Shown here piece by piece: positions 19,390 to 28,310 of a DNA stretch of 60,019 nt. Origin of the DNA: Patescibacteria group bacterium. GTDB taxonomy: Bacteria > Patescibacteriota > Minisyncoccia > Moranbacterales > DUUL01. The position numbers and the translations under genes were made by a program. The stretch spans positions 1 through 60,019 of the forward strand of contig JAYEFY010000048.1 of NCBI GenBank assembly GCA_034658815.1, written 5' to 3'. The notes under the pieces were generated by a model. The model saw only the letters and a program-made list of their open reading frames with translations. It was not told where the DNA came from and made no database searches. The first letter of the stretch is position 1. Each line of letters starts with the position of its first letter.

Positions 19390-19489
19390 GAGCCTGTCTA
19401 AAAAGTCCACATTCTGCTGCAAATTTCGGATTCCGGCTGTCCCGAGCCACTCGGAAATCGCAACACAAGAGACTTTTTAAACAGGCTCT
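19389..19489. mobile_element. Second MITE-like element (~100 bp) with 19-bp terminal inverted repeats
   Basis: AGAGCCTGTCTAAAAAGTC ... GACTTTTTAAACAGGCTCT (one mismatch); internal TCCCGAG...CTCGG hairpin. Confidence 0.65.
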
Positions 19490-19565
19490 GAGACGGGAAC
19501 AGTCTCAATATGTACGAAATAAAAACAGCATGCTTTCACATGCTGAAAATATAGAAAAATAAAAC

Positions 19566-20057
19566 TCAATCAAATATTAGCTGATATGTTCCGGTGTAAT
19601 AGTCGTTGGGAATGAAATTATTACTTTTTTCGGTTTTAAGTAAGAAATAGACTGTTCCGTCTGCTTTGCTTATTTTAGTTATTTTAGTGACAACCCAGCT
19701 TTTTTGTTCATTATTAAACACCTGAAGTTTCAATGTAGGATAATCGCCAGATTCTTTTATTCTGTCTGAGTGAATTGCCCGATAATGCCTTACGACAATG
19801 CCACCATTTTCTTCAGTTTGGTCTTTTATGTCTCCTTCACGTTCAACATCAAAAAATCCTTCAATGATATTCCGGGGAGGAGTTACGGCACGTCCGGTTT
19901 GTTGAACAACAGTTGTTTTGAAATTACTATTTGGGTTGAAAACATATCGTGCTTCACTACTGAATGACTTGTATTCTGAAATGATGAACAAGAACAAAAA
20001 AGTTGAAAGCATTACGGTAATGCCGGCGAAGAACTTTAGTGCTTGAGTTGCTTTCAT
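19566..20057 (-). CDS. Hypothetical membrane-anchored exported protein
   Basis: 163-aa ORF with an N-terminal TM helix. Confidence 0.65.
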   Translation of the reverse strand: MKATQALKFFAGITVMLSTFLFLFIISEYKSFSSEARYVFNPNSNFKTTVVQQTGRAVTPPRNIIEGFFDVEREGDIKDQTEENGGIVVRHYRAIHSDRIKESGDYPTLKLQVFNNEQKSWVVTKITKISKADGTVYFLLKTEKSNNFIPNDYYTGTYQLIFD

Positions 20058-20104
20058 TATTTATTTTCACATGTTATGTTACTTCTTAGTATATCACAGA
20101 TACA

Positions 20105-21127
20105 ATGAGAAACAATAAGTTATTTTGGATTCTTGCCATATTTAGCATTTTACTGTTTTTGAGCGGGTGGGCGTTGATCTATTCTTCTTTTTATAAAGAG
20201 GGATACTGTAAATGGTTTTATCCGGCAATTATATTCTTCTGCGCCTCAATTTTTTTCTATTTACTAATAATTATTGTCGAAAAGACGCGAATTTTGCTGC
20301 TTATAAGCGGTATTATCACTATACCATCAATTATTTTAGGCGGTAAATATTGGTACAGCGTAGCATTTATCTGGGCGTGTGCTTTTCTACTTTATTTTAT
20401 TGCGGTAAAACGCATCAAGATAGAACAACACAATAGAATCAAAATAGACATTTATAAAACATTACGACGAGGCGTTCCGATTATTGGAACAGCGTTAAGT
20501 TTATTAATTGCCAGTGGCTTCTACTTTTCAATAATCAATCGACAGCAAGTTGGCGAAATTCCCAAGATCGACATCCGCTTTTCAAAAAAAATGACTAACA
20601 ATGCGTTTCGTTTCATTAATTTCCTTGTTCCAACGGATGAATTTCGCTTGATCATTGAAGGAGCAACTACTGATGAATACATTTCCGAATCAATGAAAGC
20701 CCAAATGAATTTCGGTCAGCCAAGCGAGGAGCAATTTATGCAGATAGATACCATAGAAAAACCCACATCAATTCAACCGGAAAAGTTGTTTGAAAACCAG
20801 CAGGATAAACTTATTGAAAAGAATCGCCGGTTGCTTGAAAAACAGCTTGGTACAGAAGTAACAGGAGACGAGAGAATTGATGATGTGGTAAATTCTTTAA
20901 TAAATAAACGGGCAAACGAGATTCTTAACGGAGATATCATTTCCGCAAGTGTTGTGCCGGTTGGGATTGCATTCGGTATTTTTATTACCGTACGTTCACT
21001 TATTTGGATTTTAAATATCATACTATATTGGGCAGTATCCGGTATTTTTTTGTTATTAGCGAAGAAAAATGTGATTGTTATCAAAAAGAAAATGAAGGAA
21101 GTTGAAGAGATTCAACAGCAACAATAA
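20105..21127 (+). CDS. Hypothetical multi-pass membrane protein
   Basis: 340 aa, about five N-terminal TM helices, a soluble loop and a C-terminal TM. Confidence 0.75.
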   Translation: MRNNKLFWILAIFSILLFLSGWALIYSSFYKEGYCKWFYPAIIFFCASIFFYLLIIIVEKTRILLLISGIITIPSIILGGKYWYSVAFIWACAFLLYFIAVKRIKIEQHNRIKIDIYKTLRRGVPIIGTALSLLIASGFYFSIINRQQVGEIPKIDIRFSKKMTNNAFRFINFLVPTDEFRLIIEGATTDEYISESMKAQMNFGQPSEEQFMQIDTIEKPTSIQPEKLFENQQDKLIEKNRRLLEKQLGTEVTGDERIDDVVNSLINKRANEILNGDIISASVVPVGIAFGIFITVRSLIWILNIILYWAVSGIFLLLAKKNVIVIKKKMKEVEEIQQQQ

Positions 21128-21200
21128 ATATTTGTTTGACACATCATTATATTGGTGTTATTGTTAAAAGTTGTAGGGGCAATTAGATAAATCAATTTTA

Positions 21201-21415
21201 GAGAACTGTTTCTAAACCAGCTTCTTACCTTGCCCTGCCTGCCCTGCCTGTCTGCTAGCAGGCAGGTGGCAGGCGTTAGTCCCGAGTACTCGGAACTAAA
21301 TTTTTGGTTATGTTTCAGCATAAATAATATTTTCAAAGCTGTTGATCGCGCTGTTTGCAAACAGTAATAATAAATAGGCAACAATTTTTAGCAGGAGTTA
21401 GTTTGGAATAGTCCT
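21201..21415. mobile_element. Expanded MITE-like element carrying CCTGCC-type and TCCCGAGTACTCGG-type palindromes
   Basis: Left GAGAACTGTTTCTAAACCAGCTTC, right GCAGGAGTTAGTTTGGAATAGTCC; internal palindromes at 21229-21276 and 21280-21295. Confidence 0.65.
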
Positions 21416-21459
21416 ATTAAGTAAATATTGACCTAATTGGAAAGTAACACTAAATAATT

Positions 21460-22554
21460 ATGGCGAAAGATTATTATGATATTCTCAATGTGCCGAAAGA
21501 CGCGTCAGAAGAAGATATAAAACGGGCATATCGAAAACTTGCCCACAAGTACCATCCAGATAAAAAAAGCGGAGATGAGGGAAAATTTAAGGAGGTTAAC
21601 GCGGCGTATCAAGTGCTTTCAGATAAACAAAAACGTACGCAGTATGATCAATTCGGTCATGCGTTTGATCAAGGCGGAGCAGGCGGATTTTCAGGTTTTG
21701 ATGGATTTCAGGATTCTTCCGGAAAAGGGTTTGGTTTTGATTTTGGCAAGAAACAAGGATTTGAAGATATCTTTTCCGATATTTTTTCTTCTGCTGGCTT
21801 CGGTAGTAAAAACGTAGAACCGCAAGAGGCGGTTGGGTCTGACATTGCCGTTGATGTTGAGATAACTTTTGAAGAAATGGCAAAAGGGGTCGAAAAACAA
21901 ATTGATTTATACAAAAGAGTATTGTGTAGTGCGTGCGATGGAACTGGCGCGGAAAACAAAGAAACCAAAACATGTTCGGCTTGTAACGGAAACGGAAAAG
22001 TTGAAAAAACAACAAGAAGTTTTTTCGGAACATTTTCTCAAATTATACTTTGCACAGAGTGTTCTGGTAAGGGCGTTATTCCCATAAAAAAATGTAGAAA
22101 GTGCGGAGGCGACGGAGTTGTAAGAGATTATCAAAAAATAAAAGTTAATGTTCCGGCTGGGATCGAAGACGGACAGACGATTCGGATTACTGGTTATGGT
22201 GAGATGCCGCGAAGAGGAGGAAGGGCGGGTGATATTTTTGTAACGATACATATTCAAGACCATCCGGAATTTAAGCGTGTCGGGGATGATATTCATTCAA
22301 AAGTAAATATTGCCTATTCCCAAGCCGTTTTAGGCGGTAAACTCAGTGTTAATACTATCGAAGGTCCAGTCAAAATAAAAATAACACAAGGAACTCAATC
22401 CGGTGATATATTCAAAATCCGAGGAAAAGGAATTCGTCGAATAGGACGAATGGGAATCGGCGATCATTTAACTGAGATCCAAGTTTCTACTCCGGAGCAT
22501 CTTTCACGCGAACAAAAAGAAGCAGTCAAACTTCTTAATCGTCTTGGCCTTTAG
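21460..22554 (+). CDS. dnaJ: Chaperone DnaJ
   Basis: J domain with HPD, G/F-rich region, four CxxCxGxG repeats. Confidence 0.97.
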   Translation: MAKDYYDILNVPKDASEEDIKRAYRKLAHKYHPDKKSGDEGKFKEVNAAYQVLSDKQKRTQYDQFGHAFDQGGAGGFSGFDGFQDSSGKGFGFDFGKKQGFEDIFSDIFSSAGFGSKNVEPQEAVGSDIAVDVEITFEEMAKGVEKQIDLYKRVLCSACDGTGAENKETKTCSACNGNGKVEKTTRSFFGTFSQIILCTECSGKGVIPIKKCRKCGGDGVVRDYQKIKVNVPAGIEDGQTIRITGYGEMPRRGGRAGDIFVTIHIQDHPEFKRVGDDIHSKVNIAYSQAVLGGKLSVNTIEGPVKIKITQGTQSGDIFKIRGKGIRRIGRMGIGDHLTEIQVSTPEHLSREQKEAVKLLNRLGL

Positions 22555-22559
22555 CTTCA

Positions 22560-23537
22560 ATGAGAAAAAATCAAAAAAAAATTATCAATCTAATCTTAGT
22601 TGCCGTACTCATTGGGATTGTTGTCGCAAGCCTGTTTTTTATTGTAGCAAAGAAGAGCAAAGAAGTTCAAACATCACTGGTTCGAAAGTATTGGGGAGGA
22701 AGCACGCAATGTATTGCTTATGTGCAGCGTTATTACAAGAATGTTTACAACATTGAGATAAATGATGTTGGTAGAGCTCAAGACCTTTATTTAAAGGCGC
22801 CGGAATATGGGCTTTACGCGCATAGAAACGGAGGGATAACTGCTCCTCAGCCGGGTCATATTTTAGTTTTTGAACATCGGAATAGGATCGGACATGTTGC
22901 GATTATAACAGGTCGCTTAAAAAATGGAATTCTTATTGCTGAACAAAATTGGGGTTCAGCGAGAATTACTACAAATGAAAGTAAGTCATTGCCCATGGAC
23001 ACGCGCAATGGCCAGTATTTTGTGCATGACAGGGATGGTTATAAGATTCTTGGATGGGTCGGGCTCATGCTCGAGAATCCTACGAGAACTTTTGATTTTA
23101 CAAACAAAAGTTCAGAAGGGTGGATCACAGAGAATAATACATCAGTCACAATGTCTGATAACGATTCTTTATTGGCTGTAGAAATAACAGGAAATAATCC
23201 TTCTATAATAAGCCCGGTTTTTATTGAACCTATAGATGTTCAAAATCATCCATGGCTTATTTTTAAAGCACGATCATATGATTTTATATTGGAAGACCCG
23301 AAACAAGGCGCAATTCATTTACGCGATGAGAATGACCAATGGGGGACAGTGATTCCTTTTAAAGTTAAAGCGCGAAAGGCGGAAACTTCGGTGATTTACT
23401 CGGTAGATCTATCAAATCTTCGAAAAGACTTTAGTATAACCCAGGTTAGAATTGAATTACCAGGATACAATAGAAAGAGCGGAAACATGTGGGAGTTTGA
23501 TTGGCTGGAAATTTCAAGGGTGAAAATAGAAAACTAG
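22560..23537 (+). CDS. Membrane-anchored CHAP-domain amidase with an uncharacterised beta-rich C-terminal domain
   Basis: TM helix; QCIAYVQRY (Cys), PQPGHILVF, GHVAII (His), AEQNWG. Confidence 0.8.
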   Translation: MRKNQKKIINLILVAVLIGIVVASLFFIVAKKSKEVQTSLVRKYWGGSTQCIAYVQRYYKNVYNIEINDVGRAQDLYLKAPEYGLYAHRNGGITAPQPGHILVFEHRNRIGHVAIITGRLKNGILIAEQNWGSARITTNESKSLPMDTRNGQYFVHDRDGYKILGWVGLMLENPTRTFDFTNKSSEGWITENNTSVTMSDNDSLLAVEITGNNPSIISPVFIEPIDVQNHPWLIFKARSYDFILEDPKQGAIHLRDENDQWGTVIPFKVKARKAETSVIYSVDLSNLRKDFSITQVRIELPGYNRKSGNMWEFDWLEISRVKIEN

Positions 23538-23598
23538 CCTGTATTAAGGGGCTGTTTCCGAGATAGCTCGCTGTTAAACAACGGAAATTGCGGCAGGA

Positions 23599-23826
23599 TT
23601 GATCGTTATTTTCGGTGAAATAATTCCACAAGCGGTTTGCAGCAGATACGCTCTTCAAATTGGAGCTAAGACCGTTTGGCTGGTTAAAGTTTTCATATTT
23701 ATACTGTATCCGGTCTGCTGGCCGCTTAGCTGGGTACTGAACAAAATGTTGGGAAAAGAGCTACCCACTATTTGGTCACGCGCGGAGCTAAAAGAAATCA
23801 TAAAACTGCAAATGTTAAATTCCTAA
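23599..23826 (+). pseudogene. Internal fragment of a CNNM/DUF21 (CBS-associated) membrane protein
   Basis: IVIFGEIIPQAVCSRY...LYPVCWPLSWVL...ELKEII is the typical DUF21 C-terminal half; N-terminal helices and CBS pair are missing. Confidence 0.75.
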
Positions 23827-23953
23827 ATGTTATTTTTGGCAGCTTGTCAAACTAGTGCTGGTCACATACAATAAAGAAAAATATCTGTGTTGGGGAGATT
23901 GCTAGCGAAACTGGTTCGGAAATAGTGTCACTATATAATGGACTAATAATCAT

Positions 23954-25258
23954 ATGGAACATTTTGAAATTATCGGGGGGAAAAAACTAAAGGGAGAAAT
24001 TGAGGTAAATGGCGCGAAAAATTCAGCTGTTGCGGTGTTAGCTTGCTCGATAATGAATAAAGGCAAGACAACGCTTAAAAATGTGCCTCAAATCGAAGAA
24101 GTTAATCGTTGGATCGAAATTTTGGAAAGTATGGGCGTAAAAATTGATCGGTACGAAAAAACCTTGATCATTACTTCTCCAAAGAAAATTCGAATCGATA
24201 GCATCAACAAAAAATCCGCTAGAAAAACACGCAGTGTGGTTTTACTGCTGGGAGCGCTGGTTGGGAAATTAAAAAACTACTCAATTCCACAAGCAGGCGG
24301 ATGTGAGTTGGGCAACAGAACTGTGCGGCCGCATCTATTTGTTTTAGAAAAGTTCGGAGTAAATATAAAAACGAAAGCAAGCAGTTATGAAGTAAATGCC
24401 AGAAAATTTCAATCTGCAAAAAAAATAGTTCTCTATGAGTCAGGAGATACAGTAACTGAAACAGCTTTAATGGCAGCTGCTCAAACGCCTAAAGAAACAA
24501 TTATTAAAATGGCGTCAGCTAATTATATGGTTCAGGACCTTTGTTTCTTTCTTCAAAAGATGGGCGTTACAATTGCAGGGGTTGGAAGCACAACGCTAAA
24601 AGTTAAAGGGAAAAAAGAGATCAAGAAAAACATAACATATGAGATCAGTGAAGATCCTATTGAGGCTATGTTTTTTATTTCATTGGCAATTACCACGAAG
24701 AGCACTTTGTTAATTAAAAAATGCCCCATTGAATTTTTAGAACTTGAACTTCTCAAGCTTGAAAAAATGGGACAGCAATTTGACATTATCAAAGAATATC
24801 TTTCACGCAACAAGAAGACAATACTTGTTGATATTAAAATACATCCTTCTAAATTAAATGCGCTTGAAGATAAAATTCACGGTCTTCCATTCCCCGGGCT
24901 TAACATGGACAACTTACCATTTTTTGTGCCGATTGCGATGATTGCAAAAGGAAAAACTTTAATCCATGATTGGGTCTATGAAAACAGAGCGATTTATTTC
25001 ACTGAACTGAATCGTCTGGGCGCGAAGATAACGCTTCTTGACCCGCATCGTGTTTATGTTGAGGGGCCGACGAAAATAAAAAGTGCTGAGATGATGTCGC
25101 CGCCGGCGCTTCGTCCGGCCGCGATTATCTTAGTTGCGATGCTTGCGGCTAAAGGAAAATCAATTTTGAGAGATATATATTCCATTGATCGTGGCTACGA
25201 AAAACTGGAAGAACGATTGAGAAAACTGGGAGCGGATATCAAGACAGTTTCTGATTAA
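23954..25258 (+). CDS. murA: UDP-N-acetylglucosamine 1-carboxyvinyltransferase
   Basis: GAKNSAVAV, AGGCELGNR (catalytic Cys), IDRGYE. Confidence 0.92.
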   Translation: MEHFEIIGGKKLKGEIEVNGAKNSAVAVLACSIMNKGKTTLKNVPQIEEVNRWIEILESMGVKIDRYEKTLIITSPKKIRIDSINKKSARKTRSVVLLLGALVGKLKNYSIPQAGGCELGNRTVRPHLFVLEKFGVNIKTKASSYEVNARKFQSAKKIVLYESGDTVTETALMAAAQTPKETIIKMASANYMVQDLCFFLQKMGVTIAGVGSTTLKVKGKKEIKKNITYEISEDPIEAMFFISLAITTKSTLLIKKCPIEFLELELLKLEKMGQQFDIIKEYLSRNKKTILVDIKIHPSKLNALEDKIHGLPFPGLNMDNLPFFVPIAMIAKGKTLIHDWVYENRAIYFTELNRLGAKITLLDPHRVYVEGPTKIKSAEMMSPPALRPAAIILVAMLAAKGKSILRDIYSIDRGYEKLEERLRKLGADIKTVSD

Positions 25259-25358
25259 ACAAAAAATCGGGAAACAAAAACCATGACGAAATTATACCAT
25301 TGTTCGACTGCGTAAAGCAGTACGGTGAATGCAAGGAAGTAAATTAAGTTGTTAAGTT

Positions 25359-25694
25359 ATGTGTCATTTTATTATGGAAAAATATTACAACGCTACCGCC
25401 GAATTTCACAAAAAATTCAAAATGAAAGGAACCAATAATGAAAATATGACTTTTCGATTGAATTTGTTAATTGAAGAACTGGGAGAATTGGCTCAAGCTA
25501 TTACTAAAGGAAAGCCGCGTGAAAACGTAATAGAGGAAAATATAGATCTATTAAATCTTGTGTTAGGTAATTTTGTAAGCTTAGGTGTTTCACTAAAAGA
25601 AATTGACGAAGCATTTTGGAAAAAGCACAAAGAGATAATGAGTCGTAAAAAGAAATTCATTGATGGAAAAAATTTCAGAGTTTCCAGATTTTAA
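25359..25694 (+). CDS. MazG-like nucleotide pyrophosphohydrolase
   Basis: LIEELGELAQAI...EENIDLL acidic helix pair. Confidence 0.75.
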   Translation: MCHFIMEKYYNATAEFHKKFKMKGTNNENMTFRLNLLIEELGELAQAITKGKPRENVIEENIDLLNLVLGNFVSLGVSLKEIDEAFWKKHKEIMSRKKKFIDGKNFRVSRF

Positions 25695-25791
25695 TAAGCA
25701 AAAACGCGGTGAAGAACCTTTTGGTTTAATTGAAGTTTATATCGTTTTATGTGTAAGAAATTAGAGCGTTATTTACAATATTGCCGCTTTT

Positions 25792-25947
25792 TTGTCATCC
25801 CGAGTCCCGAGTGCTCGGGATTGAGGGATCACTTCGCGTAAATAAGTTCACAGTCAAGGGATTCCTGCCTACCCTGCCTACCCTGCCTGCCGGCAGGCAG
25901 GGTAGGCAGGGTAGGCTTCTCCCGCTAAAGCGGGATCAGAATGACAA
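25792..25947. repeat. Composite nested REP-like element
   Basis: Outer TTGTCAT...ATGACAA; inner TCCCGAGTGCTCGGGA (25805-25820), perfect 25-bp-arm palindrome (25867-25916) and TCCCGCTAAAGCGGGA (25920-25935). Confidence 0.8.
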
Positions 25948-26234
25948 GGAGAGAAGTGCAAATAACGCTGTTGGATCTTATTTATGTTATATGCGGCATG
26001 CTCATCTTGCCGTTTTTTTGTTGATTTAACTCAAATCAAACCTGATCTCAATGCTTCGTCTTTATAGCAGCTACAATAAAATGACTTATTTGTAAGTATT
26101 ATATTGTATAAAACATATTTTTACCTTACACTTGACTAGGTGTGGATGAATGTGTCATCTTAATATATTATAATATTGTCTTATAAAACACTGGGAAACA
26201 TTGCAACTTTCAATGTTGATAATTGTACACTGTT

Positions 26235-27239
26235 ATGCTTTTAAGAAAAATTGGAATTGATCTGGGAACGGCTAATACGCTTGTTTTTGTGCCAAAGAAA
26301 GGCATTGTCGCGAACGAACCATCGGTTGTTGCGGTTACGATGGATGACAATAGAGTGCTTGCCGTTGGGAATGAAGCAAAAGAGATGATTGGTAGGACTC
26401 CTGATCTAATAACTGCGTATTGTCCGCTTAAAGATGGGGTTATTGCTGACTATCGCGTCACTGAAGCGATGCTTCGTTATTTTATAAATAAAGTAAGTCC
26501 AAGAATCAAGTTTACGAAACCGGATGTGTTGGTTTCTATTCCTGCCGGAGTTACTTCAACGGAACGCCGCGCAGTTATTGAAGCGACAATAAAAGCCGGG
26601 GCGAAAAATTCCTACATTGTAAAAGAGCCGGTACTGGCTGCAATCGGGGCCGGCATACCGATTAACAGTGCTTCAGGGAATATGATCATTGATATTGGAG
26701 GCGGAACATCAGAAGTGGCGATTATCTCACTGGGTGGCGTCGTATCTGCCCATAGCGCCAGAGTTGGCGGCAATAAGATCGATGCGGCAATTGCGCAATA
26801 CATTAAAAAGCGCCACGGTCTTTTGATCGGAGAACAAACAGCTGAGGAAGTAAAAATAGAGATCGGAAGCGCGTTGCCGCAAGTAAAGGAAGAATATGTT
26901 GAAGTGCGCGGGCGGGATTTGATGGGCGGACTGCCGAAAACGATCAGAATTTCAACCAATGAAGTTACGGAAGCGATTCAAGACGAACTTCACGAAATTA
27001 TCAACGCGGTAAAAAAAGTTCTCCAGGAAACGCCTCCGGAACTTGCTGCTGATGTTATGGATAAAGGGATGGTACTTTCAGGCGGAGGCGCGCTTTTGCG
27101 TAATCTTGACAAATTGATCACCAAGGTCACGGGAGTGCCTTGTTATCTTGCCGATGATCCGCTCTTATGCGTAGCCAAAGGAACAGGCATCGCGCTGGAA
27201 AATCTTGATATTTACAAACGGACGATTCTTTTGAAATAG
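26235..27239 (+). CDS. mreB: Rod shape-determining actin homolog MreB/Mbl
   Basis: IGIDLGTANT, PLKDGVIAD, IDIGGGTSE, LSGGGALL. Confidence 0.96.
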   Translation: MLLRKIGIDLGTANTLVFVPKKGIVANEPSVVAVTMDDNRVLAVGNEAKEMIGRTPDLITAYCPLKDGVIADYRVTEAMLRYFINKVSPRIKFTKPDVLVSIPAGVTSTERRAVIEATIKAGAKNSYIVKEPVLAAIGAGIPINSASGNMIIDIGGGTSEVAIISLGGVVSAHSARVGGNKIDAAIAQYIKKRHGLLIGEQTAEEVKIEIGSALPQVKEEYVEVRGRDLMGGLPKTIRISTNEVTEAIQDELHEIINAVKKVLQETPPELAADVMDKGMVLSGGGALLRNLDKLITKVTGVPCYLADDPLLCVAKGTGIALENLDIYKRTILLK

Positions 27240-27260
27240 AAAACTTTTTTACAGAAAGAT

Positions 27261-27668
27261 ATGAAAAAAATAATGGTCTTCGGAACTTTTGATATCTTTC
27301 ACCCGGGACACAAAAATTTTTTTGAACAAGCCAGAACTTACGGTGATTGCCTGATAGTTGTTATTGCCAGAGATAAAACTGTTTTAGAAGTCAAAGGTGT
27401 TTTGCCAAAAAATAACGAAAATGTCAGACTGAAAATGGTTCGAGAAAGCAATCTTGTTGATAGAGCCGTTTTGGGAAGCCTAGGCGATAAATATGAAATA
27501 ATTAAAGAAAAAAAACCGGACGTGATCTGTCTCGGTTATGACCAAAGGTTTTTTACGGACAAGCTTGAAGAAAAATTGGAAGAATTTGATCTGGAAGATA
27601 CCGTTATAGTCAAAATGAGATCGTATCATCCGGAAATTTATAAATCGTCAAAATATATCAAAAGATAA
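27261..27668 (+). CDS. Cytidylyltransferase-like protein (RibL/FAD synthase-like)
   Basis: FGTFDIFHPGH (HxGH), VVIARD, PDVICLGYDQ. Confidence 0.8.
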   Translation: MKKIMVFGTFDIFHPGHKNFFEQARTYGDCLIVVIARDKTVLEVKGVLPKNNENVRLKMVRESNLVDRAVLGSLGDKYEIIKEKKPDVICLGYDQRFFTDKLEEKLEEFDLEDTVIVKMRSYHPEIYKSSKYIKR

Positions 27669-27711
27669 ACAGTTTTTTAAAATCAAAAATTTAAAGCTGG
27701 ATCCGTAGTAA

Positions 27712-27758
27712 GGGACTATTCAAAAACAGGAAATCGAATTTGATTTCCTGTTTTTGAA
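27712..27758. repeat. MITE-like end (GGGACTATT) fused to a perfect 17-bp-arm hairpin; possible terminator
   Basis: TTCAAAAACAGGAAATC-GAATTT-GATTTCCTGTTTTTGAA. Confidence 0.6.
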
Positions 27759-28083
27759 CTTTGTCTGATTATTTTTCAATCCAATTCGGTTATTTTACTT
27801 TCCATCTCTTGCCAGTTTATTTTTTAGTCTGTTATTCTTTCCATTTCATCTCCCATTTCCATTCTTGATAAATGAGATGAGTTATGATTTATCGCGTGCC
27901 GTAGCCCTTTTTTCTAACTTGGTCATTATAACTGTCGATTACATCCTGCAACGAAAAATCACTGTGAGAAAAGTCCTCAAAAACTTTTTTGAATAATTTC
28001 ATTGCCGCGGTATGTTTTCTGTTCTTTTCCATTTCTATTTGATCAGGCTTTCCGATGCGGTCATACATATCAATGTGTTTTTT

Positions 28084-28171
28084 GGGACTGTTCCCAAACT
28101 AACTCCTGCCAAACATGCCGCTCAATACGGGTGGGTTCGGCGAGGCAGGAAGCTAGTTTGGAAACAGTCCC
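28084..28171. mobile_element. Best-preserved 88-bp MITE-like element
   Basis: GGGACTGTTCCCAAACTAACTCCTGCC ... GGCAGGAAGCTAGTTTGGAAACAGTCCC; the interior is homologous to 18671-18784 in reverse orientation. Confidence 0.78.
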
Positions 28172-28310
28172 TTATATGCTAGTATATCTTAATAACAGTG
28201 AGTTTCTTGTTCTTGCGGGAAATCTTTTAAAGCAGGATACGCTATTGGGGTTAGCCAAGCTCTAAACAGCTAATATTTCGAGAAAATAAAAATAAACAGA
28301 AAATAGTAGT

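Noticed and set aside
25781-26029. 82-aa ORF, and similar ORFs at 21112-21384, 58330-58611, 58571-58765 and 59004-59321
   Set aside because: These are translations of REP/MITE/tRNA-derived sequence (e.g. LPTLPTLPAGRQGRQGR is the palindrome) with no coding signal.
27770-28002. Gene on the minus strand starting at ATG 28002
   Set aside because: It stops after 37 codons with further stops downstream and no recognisable motif; at most a remnant between two MITE ends.
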